Shown: positions 1-14,074, numbered from the whole stretch's first letter. The stretch is DNA of 63,947 nt, filler included, from Octopus bimaculoides (GCF_001194135.2; 6 parts of 4 records of this genome joined end to end with filler, not necessarily neighbours in it), one strand, 5' to 3'. Program-made: numbers and translations. Notes: generated by a model not told the origin, from the sequence alone.

Positions 1-565
1 CCTTCCTTTTTTGCAGTAAACTTTTAAAATAATTGTTTTTTTTCTTCTGTTAATAATAATTCTTCCGGTGGTTGAACTTTGACAACACCGTTTTCAATTT
101 TTAGCATGTCTTTGTATTTTAATATGTCGCTTTTGTTTGTCGACAGCTGGCGGGTTCCACCTCCAACCGCCGACGCAAAACTTCTTTTTTGTTTTTCTTC
201 TGTTTGTATGTTTTTCACATTTATGTTCCTCCTTGTAACGGTACAATTTGATAGCTCTGGAAACTCCTCTTCAGAAGAATCCGAAACTTCTCCCAACAAT
301 AAATTTTCTATATTTTTTCCTCCGGTTGACTCCTCTTCGCCAGGCGAAGATACATTTTTCGGCATCTTGCCAGCAATTACTGTTTCCCCCATAGGGGAAA
401 CACACGATAGTTTTCAAACGAAGACTATCACACAATAGTTATGACAAGAACACACAAAAACAGTTAATGGAAACTTGCACTTACTGTACAGACGCACTCA
501 AATAACTAGTAACAATTCAATCTCACGGAGTCGCTACACCGCTAAGCACCTCAACCGGTGTCACA
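1..565 (-). mobile_element. 5' end (UTR and ORF1 N-terminus) of a gag/ORF1-type non-LTR retroelement, related to the element at 42526-43954; runs off the window
   Basis: ORF 24..392(-) shares three ordered motifs with ORF 43299..43841(-): SDSSEEE/SDLSSSEEE, KRSFASAV/ERSFAEAV, KIENGVVKVQPP/KTEGNNVKVSPP. It abuts a truncated SINE at ~566. Confidence 0.6.
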
Positions 566-627
566 CAGACGAAATACCGCTAAGCATTTCGTCCGGCGTG
601 CTAACGATTCTGCTAGCTCACTGCCTT
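566..627 (-). mobile_element. tRNA-derived SINE (family B), 5' head only
   Basis: ACAGACGAAATACCGCTAAGCATTTCG..CCGGCGTGCTAACG matches the fuller copies at 6190-6392 and 44405-44620. Confidence 0.8.
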
Positions 628-628
628 A

Positions 629-643
629 ATGATAATAATAATA

Positions 644-683
<40 letters not shown>

Positions 684-870
684 TAATAATAATGTTGATG
701 GTGATGATGACGAGAAGCAAGAGTAGCAGTAGAAGGAGGAGGAGGAGGAGGAGGAGAGGAGAAGACGACGATAGCGGCAACAAAGAAGAAGAAGAAGAAG
801 AAGAAGAAGAAGAAGAAGAAGAAGAAGAAGAAGAAGAAGAAGAAGAAGAAGAAGAAGAAGAAGAAGATAG
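629..870. repeat. compound trinucleotide microsatellite (AAT)n/(GAG)n/(GAA)n
   Basis: Direct reading of the sequence. Confidence 0.95.
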
Positions 871-1284
871 CGAGTAATTTTGAATTAAACTTTTCAATTT
901 TACTATCAAAAGAAATTTCAGAATACCCAACAGCAAATATTGACAACTCTATTGATATTAATTAAACAGACAGACTTTCAAACATCTGGAATGTTCGGGA
1001 ATATAAAAGTGCGTCTGAAATCGAACGATTCTTTTTGTGAAAATGTACGAAGCTCTTAAATATTTATAGTTCATGTTGTATAAATAGAAAGTTGTTAACC
1101 TCCTATACAGACGATACAAGGTGATGGATCTACTTATTAATACCAGTACAGTAGCTTTTATTCTCCACGAAGGTACTTAACCTTCACTGCGTTGATTGAA
1201 TCTTTTCAGGTGATTATAACACGTTGATTATATGAAGACTAGTTCTCAAACTTTCCCTAATTGTCCAGTAAGAATACAACATCC

Positions 1285-1410
1285 CAAACATACAAGCTTC
1301 GGGGTTAGAGTAGAAGACACTTGCTCAAGGTACCGCGCAGTGGAAGGGAACTCTAAACCACATGGCTGCAAAGCAAGCTTATCAACCTAACAGTAGTAAT
1401 GCCTGTGTCT
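1285..1410 (-). mobile_element. tRNA-derived SINE (family A), degenerate 5' part
   Basis: GTAGAAGACACTTGCTCAAGGTACCGCGCAGTGG...AACCACATGG matches other family A copies. Confidence 0.7.
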
Positions 1411-2369
1411 TTTTTAATTTTGTTCTTTAAAACGTAGTTTCCTCTATCACTCCATACGAAGTGCGCTAGTAATCCTTTTTACTTAATCTCCAGTGCACCA
1501 CAAAATCAACCAGGCAGAGTATCACTATGATGATTCCTCCTTGATATGCAGTCGAGATTGTGAGTAGATTTACACGAACGTTTTGTTAGCTTGCCAGTCT
1601 TCTCTATGTCCGGGAATTATAGGTTTCGTGAATATGTATCAAGTTTAATGCGATATTGCTGTGTCCTTGCTTTTCTGTGGGACATTAACGGTACGAATTA
1701 AACGAATTGATTTCAACATGAATAGAAATCTGCTCATGCTTTTCATTCATTAACAATATTTATTTCCATTTTCTAGGGAACTCCCATGCTTTCCATAATA
1801 TATTGATCTATTTTGTATTTAGTACGAAAGCCTTGAATTTTTGTTATAACATTTGGAAAAATGAGCATTTCTCGCATTCATGTCATTCTCAGAAGCATTA
1901 AGGATGTAAATAGAGCACTTTAACTGCGTATCGCAAAAGGCTCGTAAACGTGACTTACTGGAAGCTTTTTATTTTAAGTTCTGTATACTACGTACCTAGC
2001 CATAGTTTTCCACCAGAGGATATTCATCCTACAGATGAGCTTAAAAGTTACAATATCCTATTTCATTTGAATCTGTTTCTTTAAATTAGATTGAAATACA
2101 AAAGTTCTGCGGCATTTCAAGACCGGAATGAAATAGATACTTTTTAATTTATATATTCAATCAAAATAATATTTTCCCTCATTATTTATAACATAATCCC
2201 ATCTATTTCCTCTATTTGGCAAATTGTTGATCCCATGGACATAAAATTCTTCAGATTTCGAAACAAAGAAACACTCTTATATTAGTTTTAACCTCTTCAC
2301 AATTTTAAAAACTATTTTCCCTCATCATAATGTTGCAATGATCTGAAAAGATAAGTCAGATGGAACAAA

Positions 2370-2790
2370 GTCACCTTCCACGTCATGGTGCCCTTTCCGA
2401 AATCATAAAGCATGGCCTTCATACTGCAGGTTTCTCTTTTCAGCTTGAGCCAGCGGGGCTAGACCAAGGGGGCAGTTAAAAGGCCTGACAGTATGACAGT
2501 TTTCCCATTCTGTGGTGACAAGGCCCTCATCTGGAATACTAGATGTTGTGACACCTTCTCCAGTAGCAACTTGGTATGTTTAGCTACCAGCCGAGGCTCC
2601 GCTTGAGAAAAGCAAACAGTCAAAGGTTTTTCGGCACCCAGATCATAACTTTGCTCACTGCTAACGGGGCGGCGATGGCTATTCGCAAGTGCGAGCCCCT
2701 TGAGTCAGAGTGGCTGTTCCAGCGCATCTTCATCTCCATCCACCGCGGCAACGCCTTTTTCCATTTTGTCTGCTGGGACCACTAGACGGT
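2370..2790 (+). mobile_element. CRE-clade non-LTR retrotransposon, 3' fragment with restriction-like endonuclease domain (frameshifted)
   Basis: Manual translation gives LPRHGALSEIIK..LEPAGLD, then after a frameshift KRPDSMTVFPF..KALIWNTRCCDT and LFQRIFISIHRGNA. This matches the CRE-type RH..LEP.GL..KRPD..WD.T..QR.S.A.QRGNA pattern. Confidence 0.75.
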
Positions 2791-3544
2791 CTGAATTACA
2801 AGAAACCGAGAGAATGTAAACGTTTCGTTGCTTATTACCCGTAGTTGGTCAGTCTACCATCCCATTTCCCTTCGACCAATTTATCGCTTTATTTTCTCTA
2901 AACGTTTTATTTATACTAACCATCTATACCGTAACTATTTTGTGCTCTTTTGATTTGGCTTTACTCAGTGAATTAGACAATATTTCCACCACCTAACAAA
3001 AAACCCGAGCTAAAGTGTGAGTGTCGTTACTTCTTGAAGCTCCGAGTTTAATTTCAAATGAGGTCGGATCGAAAAGACTTATGAACAAAATTATTCCATT
3101 TGTGAGTATCCAGCCGTTCATTCTTTGGACTAATTTCAACCATTGATCATTTTAATTATTGTACTCTGTCCTACTAAATGGAATACATTTTTATGGGAGG
3201 AAGGTAGGCATTCTAGAAAGTTGTTTATGAAAATGCGACTTAGCAAATTATAGCTTTCTTCTCCCACAATTATAATTTAATTATATTATATTTTTTTCTT
3301 ATTCCGCTGTTGAAATTAGCAACAATGTTTCGTTATTTGAACCAATTATAGCACAAATTTTTCTGACACTGCGCCTTCATTCTTTGGACTAATTTTCATC
3401 GATTCATGCTCCTCACTTCTTTGTTACCGTTCAGCTATTTTCGGCTGCTCTTTATTTAAAAATACTTGGATTAATAGATTTAAACAAAAAAACAGGTTCG
3501 AAGAAGTGATGTATGTGCTTGTGTGTGTGTATAAATAACTGAGG

Positions 3545-3545
3545 C

Positions 3546-3579
<34 letters not shown>

Positions 3580-3616
3580 ATGCGTATATTATGTACACAC
3601 ATATATACATCTATTG

Positions 3617-3648
<32 letters not shown>

Positions 3649-3927
3649 CACAGACACAGACACACCGAGACATGCACACACACACGCACACAAACGCACA
3701 CACGCACACACACGCACACACGCACACACACATATACATATGTGAGTGTATCTACGTACGTTTGTGTGTATGGGAAGTGTAAGTATCCATGTACGTAAGA
3801 GAGAATAAAGTAACAATTAGTAGTGGTTCTACGAGTTGGTCTTTTCTTAAATATCTTCAGAGATAAAAATAACATTCAAAAGACATTTATTGAATCGGTC
3901 TGGGTATCTTACACTTTTCCTTTGAAG

Positions 3928-4013
<86 letters not shown>

Positions 4014-4035
4014 ATACACACACACATATATATAT
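3545..4035. repeat. (TA)n/(CA)n/(TCTA)n microsatellite cluster
   Basis: Direct reading of the sequence. Confidence 0.9.
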
Positions 4036-4239
4036 ATAGATATATATACATACANNNNNNNNNNCTTCTTTGTAAAAAACATTTTCATTCTCCCTCTTCT
4101 TGATAATTTGCCATGCAATGAAAGCCGGTTAGAAATCTTTATTAAAATATGCTTCCAGTTTAGCATTCTGCCTTATTATTATTTTTCATTTTCCTATTAT
4201 TTCTCCACGTGCGGTTAACACAACCCCACTATTTACTGA

Positions 4240-4278
<39 letters not shown>

Positions 4279-5269
4279 TTATATATGAATATATATATAT
4301 GTATATGTATATGAGAGAGAGAGAGGGAGAGAGAGAGTTGAACAAATCCTCTGGCAACTTTATTAAAGATAGTGTAGAACAGCTAACCATGCGTAAACCC
4401 TATGTCACCTTGAAGGATCACAAAGAATACTTTTAGAAGACTCTAACTCTAGAATGATAAACCCTACACAATAATATGATGTCAACACATCCTTGCTCGA
4501 TTCAATAAATAGAAATTTTAATCATGCAACAAAGGTATCTCTGTAAAACAGCAAGTGGGTCGTAAATGTCACAGTTCGAAATTAAAACTAAGAGGATGAA
4601 ACTGAATGCTATAGTGTAGTAGTGTAGGATATAATGTGCGCTAATCCATTTTCTTGCAGCGAGGGATACCTGTTCTATTGTGATCTCTGTCAAGCTGGCC
4701 CACGGGACGGCGACAAAATCTAGCTAGTTTGGTAGAAGGAAAACACTTGATGAGAAAAAATATTTTCTTGCAATGGATCGAAGACGCAAATCTTGTGAGT
4801 TGAGCGCAGCCGAATTAGTTGATTGATACTTATTTTATCTATGACAGGCGATGACGACGACGACGACGACGACGACGATGATGATGATGATGATAAGGCT
4901 ATTGAAGAATAATAACAAACATCATGCATGTCTTGAAAAACGGCATACAATTCTACAGATACAAAAGGAGAGAAATGTATAAACAAATCTTATTCGTATT
5001 AGAAGAGGAATATTCCAAGACGAATTTTCCTTCCGATCTTTTTCAACACAGCTTTAAAAGCAACACGTCAGCTAGGCTGGAACTAGGAAAAACAACGAAC
5101 CACTTTTTTGTATACGGTCGAGCTTAAGTTGTATGCTCCAAATGATAAACAACTGGAAACACCATTTCATACAATACAAGGATTTACTTGAAGAACTAAT
5201 ATATAATTCCTGTTAGAAAGACGTACGGAGGCAGCCTAGAAGAGAAAAAAAATTATTATAACACCTATC

Positions 5270-6150
5270 GAGTTAGATGAAGAAGAATAGATTAGAGAAT
5301 TAGATGAAGCACAGACTTACAAATACTCAGAAATTATTGAATTAGACAGAGTATGACACACTGAAATGAAAGAAAAGATTATGAAAGAATATTATAGAAT
5401 CATTAGATTAATACTTAAAGCATAAATGACTGTAAAAAATACGCCTGTATGCATTAATATTCTAGCAGTCTCAGTCATAAGTTATTATAATATTCTCAAC
5501 TGGACATGAATTGAATTTGCGTGGTTAGTCAGGAAAAAAGAAAACTAACTGCTTATAGTATACGCCATACAAAATCTGACAGCAAAATATATTTATCAGG
5601 AATACAGGAAGGTAGAAAGCCATTAGAAATATCTACTATAGTGCCACTAGAAATCTATTACGAAATGTCTATAATACTTCAAAATTATCTGGTAAAAAAT
5701 ATCTAGTAATGAAATTTAATAGAGGTAGTTTTAAACAGGAAAGAAACAAAACGCAAATAGAAATAAGCAAAAGCAAACTATTTTCTGTATTCAAGAAAGT
5801 TTACGAATATACAACAGAGAATAAATTGAGAGATATTGTTAAAATAAAAACAAATAAAGAAGCTAAAGATAGGACTGCAGATTGTCAAATTAAGAGCTGG
5901 CAAGAAAAGCTTTAGCATGGTTGATATTTGAGAAAGATGATTAAGGAGGTGAAAGCAAAAAACATTTTTAGTCCGGTTGAGAAGTGTATGACTCAAAGTT
6001 GAAATAGGATTTTTAATAGACAGGATCAAAACTTGTTCATCAGTAATTATCAAATGAATCGGAATGAGTACAATACAGATAATCGTCAATCGTGTGAGAA
6101 TATGGCTCGATAACATGTATCATGCAACTAGCATTCTTATTGCCACAGCT
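5270..6150 (+). mobile_element. Dong/R4-clade LINE, decayed RT C-terminal region
   Basis: Translates to IRELDEAQTYKY..EMKEKIMKEYYRIIRLILK..KN..CINILAV.VISY..ILNWT, later SWQEKL*HG and QDQNL, with many stops. Confidence 0.7.
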
Positions 6151-6189
6151 TGACCATTTTTGTCGGCTATATTTATGTTTTTGATTTTT

Positions 6190-6392
6190 TTTTCTACTCT
6201 AGGCACAAAGCCTGAAATTTTTGGGGAGGTAGCCAGTCGATTAGTTCGATCCCAGTACGCAACTGGTACTTAATTTATCAACCCCAAAACGATGAAAGGC
6301 AAAGTCGACCTCGGCGGAATTTGAACTCAGAACGTAAAGACAGACGAAATACCGCTAAGCATTTCGCCCGACGTACTAACGTTTCTGTCAGC
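6190..6392 (-). mobile_element. tRNA-derived SINE (family B), near full length
   Basis: Minus strand has a B box (GAGTTCAAATTCC), the GTCGACTTTGCCTTTCATC body and a GGCTTTGTGCCTAGAGTAGAAAA tail. Confidence 0.9.
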
Positions 6393-7075
6393 ACATCCAT
6401 AAATGACATAATTTCCGGACGAATAGCGCAGTAAATTTGCTTTTAAGTGGTATATTTATATCAAGTATAATACGCAGATGGATGTTTAAATCTAATACTG
6501 TTTCTGTTGCATATATTGGATATCTCTTAAGCTGTGAGGCTAAGTGCAACATCAGTGATTGCTCAATCTTTATTTTCCAATCTCTGCAGCGATCGATTTT
6601 GTCCTAGCATACGGTTAGCAGTGAGTACATGCTGGTGTATAGATAATTTTCGCCTGCTACTGATATATTTTGTTTTAAAACACAGAACGTCCGTAAAAAG
6701 ATATTCTCTCCATACGAATACAGCAGTAAATTTGCTTTTTCGTGATGTTTTTACATTCAATATGATACAAAGAACACTTTCTTTCTCTCTCACTCGATAT
6801 ATATGTATGTATGTATATNNNNNNNNNNNNNNNNNNNNNNNNNNNNNNNNNNNNNNNNNNNNTTAATTAATTAANNNNNNNNNNNNNNNNNNNNNNNNNN
6901 NNNNNNNNNNNNNNNNNNGTATGTATGTATGTATGTATGTATATATATATATCTGGGACAATGACACGCAGTTCCTAATACGTAACGATAGAAATTCTGT
7001 AAACCTGAGAGCTTGTATTAAATTCTATGATCTGATATTGATTCCTTCGAAGACTGGCATACACACCCTCATGCG

Positions 7076-7137
<62 letters not shown>

Positions 7138-8739
7138 TATATATATACACACACACACGTACTTATGCACCCTTAAATAAATTGAAAATGAATGATTAAG
7201 AGAAATAGTGAATTTTTTATGAAGCTTTCAAAATTTTCAAAAATATTAGACTGATACGTTACATTGCTTACAAATAACCTCACTAAAGGAAAATATTCTC
7301 TATGAGAATACATAAACCATAGACCAGCATCTATGTATGCATTGTATATATATGTATATACATCCATACATGCATGCCTATATAAATATATACACACATA
7401 CATATATATATACATATATATGTATCCATATATGTATATATATACATATATANNNNNNNNNNNNNNNNNNNNNNNNNNNNNNNNNNNNNNNNNNNNNNNN
7501 NNNNNNNNNNNNNNNNNNNNNNNNNNNNNNNNNNNNNNNNNNNNNNNNNNNNNNNNNNNNNNNNNNNNNNNNNNNNNNNNNNNNNNNNNNNNNNNNNNNN
7601 NNNNNNNNNNNNNNTATATATGTATGTATGTATGTATGTATTACGTATGTATGTATAACTTGGAATATTTGAAGTCACACACATACATGTAAAAACATCT
7701 ATTTCCATGCAAATTACATTTCAAGTTGTGCACAGAATAAGAGGAGTTCTTGTATCAGCACTGACATTGCTTTCCATTCAACGACATGATGTTTATTTAA
7801 TATAACACACGATGTCTGCCATTCGTTTGGTACACTACCTTAGATAAATATTTTACGCTAAATATAGTTTATCTACAGTTTCTTTTTCAGAACAACGAGT
7901 CAATTAATCGTTTACAGTAAAGTGGGCTCTATCGTAGCTTATACAGTTAAACAAGACATGTAAATACAGTACAACAACACGTTGGGAGGAGAAAAAAAAA
8001 TATTATTCGACAAATGATTAGTTCCGGTCAAGAAAGATAGGGGGGACAATCCCTGAATTCAAATTAATTAAAACGACTCAGTGTTGCTTTGGGAAGGTGT
8101 TATCTTAGTAAGTACATTTCATCGCTTGTGTTCAACAGCATTACTCAGTGTTCGAAATATAATCTATGAAAAAAATTATAATAGACGAAGGTATGAAGTT
8201 ATAATTAATTATAGGGTATAAAGGTATAATTATTATAGGTCCACCAATGATCGATTATGACCATGTATCTGAGTACGTATGTGTAGGCTTGGATACGACT
8301 TTTGAGAAAGACTAGGACTTGTCTGTATATAACTGTTTGATTGAATATTCTTCTTTCTCTCTTTTTCTTTTCTTTTTTTCTGTCGTCATCCTTTTTCTAT
8401 TTTTTTTTCTTTCTTTCTGCCTGTTATAAAACTTAAAAACTGATGATGTCATTCCATCAACGTATGAACGCTGGTTACTCTCGTTCATAGTTTACGTTTA
8501 GTTTTCTGAAATTTTGAATTTTTAATCACCTTTAGTTTTGAACTTGACAAACACAGACGTACTGTTGAAATATTGTTCAACGAATAAAACATTTATAGAA
8601 TCGAATCGCGCTCTTCGTCTTGACTATTTACCTTCGTGAAGAGTTACGTCAATCCTTTAAAAAATATTATTATTATTATTATCATTATTATTATTATTAT
8701 TAATGTTATCATTATTATCGTCATATCTTCCACAAACAT

Positions 8740-9010
8740 TACTTTCTTTCCCATTCTACAACGTCAATACCAATCACACAAACTTTCATTCATCTCCCTC
8801 GATCTCTTGCTTAGCAACGACTACGCCATATCACACTTCTGATTTCATTGACTTCTTCAATAGTAGTTTGGGATATAAACGGCAGCACTCCTCTATATTT
8901 TCTGTCTCTGAAGAAAGCATAGTGTCCGAAACGTTCGTCGAATTTTCTTCCTAACGGCGTAAAATTCATTCGATTGTTTTATTTTACTCTTACTGTCTTC
9001 AAAGCGACAA
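8740..9010 (+). mobile_element. probable Penelope-like pLTR remnant with a degenerate hammerhead motif
   Basis: TATAAA followed by CTGAAGA(8908-8914)-aagcatagtgtcc-GAAAC-gttc-GTC(8937-8939). Stems I and II pair poorly. Confidence 0.45.
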
Positions 9011-10075
9011 ATGTGTTACCATTCATGCATTATATGTGGAAAAGAAATGACTGCCACGCGCAGAACATCGTTTAACATATGGGAAACCGATTAAAGCCGA
9101 ATTCTATTAAAAAAAAAAATCATCATCATCATTATTCCCACCATCATGATCATGATTATCATTATGACTTTTATGATCATAATCATCATCATCATCAACA
9201 TCATCATCATTATTATCATCGACATCATCATCATCATCATCATCATCGTCTTCGTCTTCGTCACTATCAGTATGATTATGATCATGATCATCATGATCCT
9301 CCTCCTCCTCCTTCTCCCCCTCCTCCTCCNNNNNNNNNNATCAACATCATCATCATTATTATCATCGACATCATCATCATCATCATCATCAACAACAACG
9401 AGAACAACCCACCAAAAAACAATCTACAGAGGAGAAATTAATTAAAATATGAAATCAATTAAAGCGGTGTTTATAATGTCTCTCTTGATAATTTTCCCGG
9501 GATTAATTCTAAATTTACAGAAATAATCCTGAATGCAGACTCCAGTTATATTTGAATGTGAAATTTGCTGTTATCAAATCTATGGGCTATATCAATAGCA
9601 TATTGTTTAATTAAAAGAGCATATTTGAAATTCTTTTCTGTCTTTAACGAATTACACACATCTTGAGACTGAACTTTTATTGCGTAAAGTCGCCGAAAAT
9701 ACTTTGTAACCTATTTAAAATATATTAATTATTTGGTTGCTACCATCCAGGGGATTCGATGAATATTTCCAAGGTAGTTATGGAATGTAGACGACGAAAT
9801 CAAGAATGTCTTGTGTTGACTGTTTATTATGCATGTCAACAACATCCTATATAGATTTTGATTCATAAGTCATAAGTCAAATTTAATTTTTCCAGACATT
9901 TTCAATCGATCAAATCGAAGCAGTAAATTAGTGTTTGTTTTATTAATCACTTCAATATTAAAATTACGAATAGCTTGTGGGCGAGCCATTTCAGCCATTT
10001 AAAAACGTACAAAAATTCCTATACAAACTTTTTGTTTATTTCTTAATTTACTATAAGAGTAACATTAATAAACAC

Positions 10076-10120
<45 letters not shown>

Positions 10121-11894
10121 NNNNNNNNNNNNNNNNNNNNNNNNNNNNNNNNNNNNNNNNNNNNNNNNNNNNNNNNNNNNNNNNNNNNNNNNNNNNNNNN
10201 NNNNNNNNNNNNNNNNNNNNNNNNNNNNNNNNNNNNNNNNNNNNNNNNNNNNNNNNNNNNNNNNNNNNNNNNNNNNNNNNNNNNNNNNNNNNNNNNNNNN
10301 NNNNNNNNNNNNNNNNNNNNNNNNNNNNNNNNNNNNNNNNNNNNNNNNNNNNNNNNNNNNNNNNNNNNNNNNNNNNNNNNNNNNNNNNNNNNNNNNNNNN
10401 NNNNNNNNNNNNNNNNNNNNNNNNNNNNNNNNNNNNNNNNNNNNNNNNNNNNNNNNNNNNNNNNNNNNNNNNNNNNNNNNNNNNNNTATATATATATATA
10501 TATACTTACACATATATATATATATACATATGCATATATATACATACATATATATATATATATATATGTAAATATATATATATGCATGTATATATATATT
10601 TATACTATCGTATACATACATATAGCATACACACATACATATAGTATACTCATGTATGTATATATATATATATAAATATGTGTGTGTGTGTGTGTATGTA
10701 TATATGCATATATATTAAATATATTTTTATTAGTGTTTATAATAGTTTATATACTTATTTTTATGCAATAAATATATACATACATATACATATATATATA
10801 TGTGTGTGTGTGTATATACACACATACATGCATATATGCCCATACGTACATATATGCATATATATAAGCATATACATGTAAACGTGTGTGTGTGCGTGTG
10901 TGTATTGAAACTTTATGCCATAAAAACAAGTATAGAAATTTAACGTTATGTATGTTTACTTATTTCATCGATCCCAACAATATCAGAAATAATAATCAGT
11001 TACATATTGGTAATTCTTTTCAATTTATGCTGAAGGGATGTTTTTACTGATGCAATGCATTTAAGTGCGATAATGTTGAAACTCAAACTCGTATAAGTGT
11101 TTTGAGATTTTAATTCCTGTTTATTTTATACGTTATACTCGATATTTTTGTTTCCTAGTCAGAAGAGAAGACAATATTCACGACCGTTTGCAGGGCCTCC
11201 AAGACTGGTGGGAAGGAGGGAGGAAAGATAATTTCAACTCAGAAACTTAGCTGAGGTGCTTACAACAAAATGGGTCCTGCTAAAGGGGCAACGTAAACTC
11301 GGTAGTATATAACAGATTATTTACATATGTATGTATTGCTTTTGATTCGGTGAACTGAATTGAATGATAATCGCCAAAAAGCACACATACAAAGACGACA
11401 TACTTTCGCACACACAAATATTCTTCAGTTTATAAGAAACATGTCGAAACTGAAATAAAGCTATATGACATCCAAGCGTTTGAGAAGCACTTAAGACAGG
11501 AGAGAGTGATGTGGAGATTCGTTTATTTCTGTCCTGGATTGACCAACTGGGAAATTAATAATTAAACGCGACGTTTCTGGTCTTGTCATTGGATTTGATA
11601 TCGTAACTTAAATAATGAAGATGGTCGAAACCAAATTCCAAAATCTTGTTCCCAAGGCAATTTTTTGTTTAAAATTTTATTCCACCCTAATACTTCATAA
11701 GTAGTGGTTTCTGCGCTTGGATACTCACAAAAACTTTACATCTCATGATGAGATAAGTCTGAGATGACCAGCAGCATAATTGAAATGATGTCACCCAAGA
11801 AACGAGACCTATAGCAAACCATATATATATATACTATAATATATATAAATATGTATACAATGCATTTATATCTATTTCTCTTCTATGTTAATGT

Positions 11895-12295
11895 TGCAGG
11901 TTGCGTAGTTAAATAGTTCAAATGTTTGCTTTACAACAGCTAGGTTTCCGGTTGAGTCCCGCTGCATGGCGAATATCTTCTAGTCCAGCCATTCTCCGCC
12001 TACCAAGTCCATTTGTGGGTGAATTAGGTGGACGGAAATTGCATAAAATACTGTTGTATGTATGTGTGTGCGTGTGTTTGTGTTTATCCCTGCACCAGTT
12101 GACAAATTGTATTGATATGTTTAAGTCGCAGCGTTTTGGCACTTTGGCGAATGAAACTAACTGAATAAATTCTAGACTTTCATAAAAGTATAAGTATTGA
12201 GGTTGGTTTCTTTGACTATATCGTACAATATGGTAACCTAGCATGGCCGCAGTTCAATGACTGAAAGAAGTAAAAGAATAAAAGAACATAAGTAA
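11895..12295 (+). mobile_element. tRNA-derived SINE (family A), diverged full length
   Basis: Degenerate head, internal (TG)n, and tail GCATGGCCGCAGTTCAATGACTGAAAGAAGTAAAAGAATAAAAG. Confidence 0.75.
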
Positions 12296-12890
12296 AAAGA
12301 AGGATTTATTCCGTACGTTACATGTAGTAAGCACCGATAATTTATTCTAATTGCTGACACTGGTCCGTTCACTTCAATTCACTTATTATAAGTGAATTGA
12401 TGTGAAGCGATTTAGTGAAGTAGGGACTAAAGCCAATTGACAGAACAACATTACTAGGGAAATTCAAATGCTGGATACTGCAATTTGGATAACGTTTCCA
12501 TTGCAAATGTAAGAAATAGCCTCGAGTAGAGTAGAAAGGATGGAACAAAGATGCAGTGTGTTTATCAGAAAAGCGTCGCTAGGTAAGGCTGGCTGACACT
12601 TAATCAGCGTTACTGCTTGATAAGTGGGCCAAGCGGGCGATCTCGTTCATTGCGTGCCCTCCTTCTGGTTCGAAGGCTTGTACCACCAGACAGCTAATTG
12701 CCTCTACCTAGAAAGTAGTGTCTGAACATGGTCACTATCCAAAGACTGAGCCCAGTAAAAAAATCGATTGGTATATGACCACCGCTTTTAAGTAGTTGTA
12801 AAAGACATATTGAATATCCCCTTGTCTATATTACTTTTCTTATTGATCATATGATTCGGCGTGTTTGATACACAAACACGCACGTGCGCT

Positions 12891-12936
<46 letters not shown>

Positions 12937-13193
12937 AATTTATATTCACATACGCACATATATATACACACATATATATATATGCATGTATATATGTATG
13001 CCTATACTGTATATATTTATGTATATCTAAGTATATATAAATACAAAAACGTATAGATATATATCAGAGCATACATATGTAGACGCATATATATGCATAT
13101 ATAATGTGTTTTGGTTTATATTAAGTATTGACAAATTTGAAATTTAGGTACATATATACACGCACATATACGTACATGTTGTATAGATATAAA

Positions 13194-13258
<65 letters not shown>

Positions 13259-13820
13259 ATAACCGAGGCTTCTTTCCGTTGCAAGTAAGTTTTCCATTTC
13301 CGTTTTTCAATCGAAAGCAGTCGCAGGAAATTCGTAGTAGCAGCGTAGTTTCCTACATTTCCTATTCAACATGGAGAAGTAAATGGAACCAATCTACCAG
13401 ACATATTAAATAGTTTTCCTTCATCTTTAATTTTTAAATCATGTTGAATTATATACCATTTTCATTACGGATCAGTACTTAGCTGCAACAGATCGAGTAA
13501 AGTTGAAACTCTAGGCATAAGTATCTTCGTTATAGATAAGACACATACACACATACTCACACACAGCTATGACATGTACATATGATACGCATATATATAT
13601 ATCTTATATAATACACACACACATACACGCATATATATATATATATATATATATCTTATATAATATATACACAAACACATGTATATACACACATATATAT
13701 ACATATATATATATATATANNNNNNNNNNNNNNNNNNNNNNNNNNNNNNNNNNNNNNNNNNNNTTAATTAATTAANNNNNNNNNNNNNNNNNNNNNNNNN
13801 NNNNNNNNNNNNNNNNNNNC

Positions 13821-14005
13821 AGGACTTACAAAAATATATAACATACAGAAAATTGCACTACTGGGCACTGCACACATCCTACGCAAAACACTTTCACTAC
13901 AGTAACCATAAGAGCACCACAGCAAACCACAGCACATACCCAAGACGCACAGAGCTGCGCTCGGTAGTGAAGTGAAAGCACGTTATAAAAATAAAACTAC
14001 TGAAC

Positions 14006-14072
<67 letters not shown>
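13821..14072 (+). mobile_element. Dong/R4-clade LINE 3' end with (AAT)n tail
   Basis: Translates GLTKIYNIQKIALLGTAHILRKTLSLQ*, the R4/Dong C-terminal Q..A.LGTA.ILRK pattern, then a 3' UTR running into (AAT)n. Confidence 0.85.
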
Positions 14073-14074
<2 letters not shown>

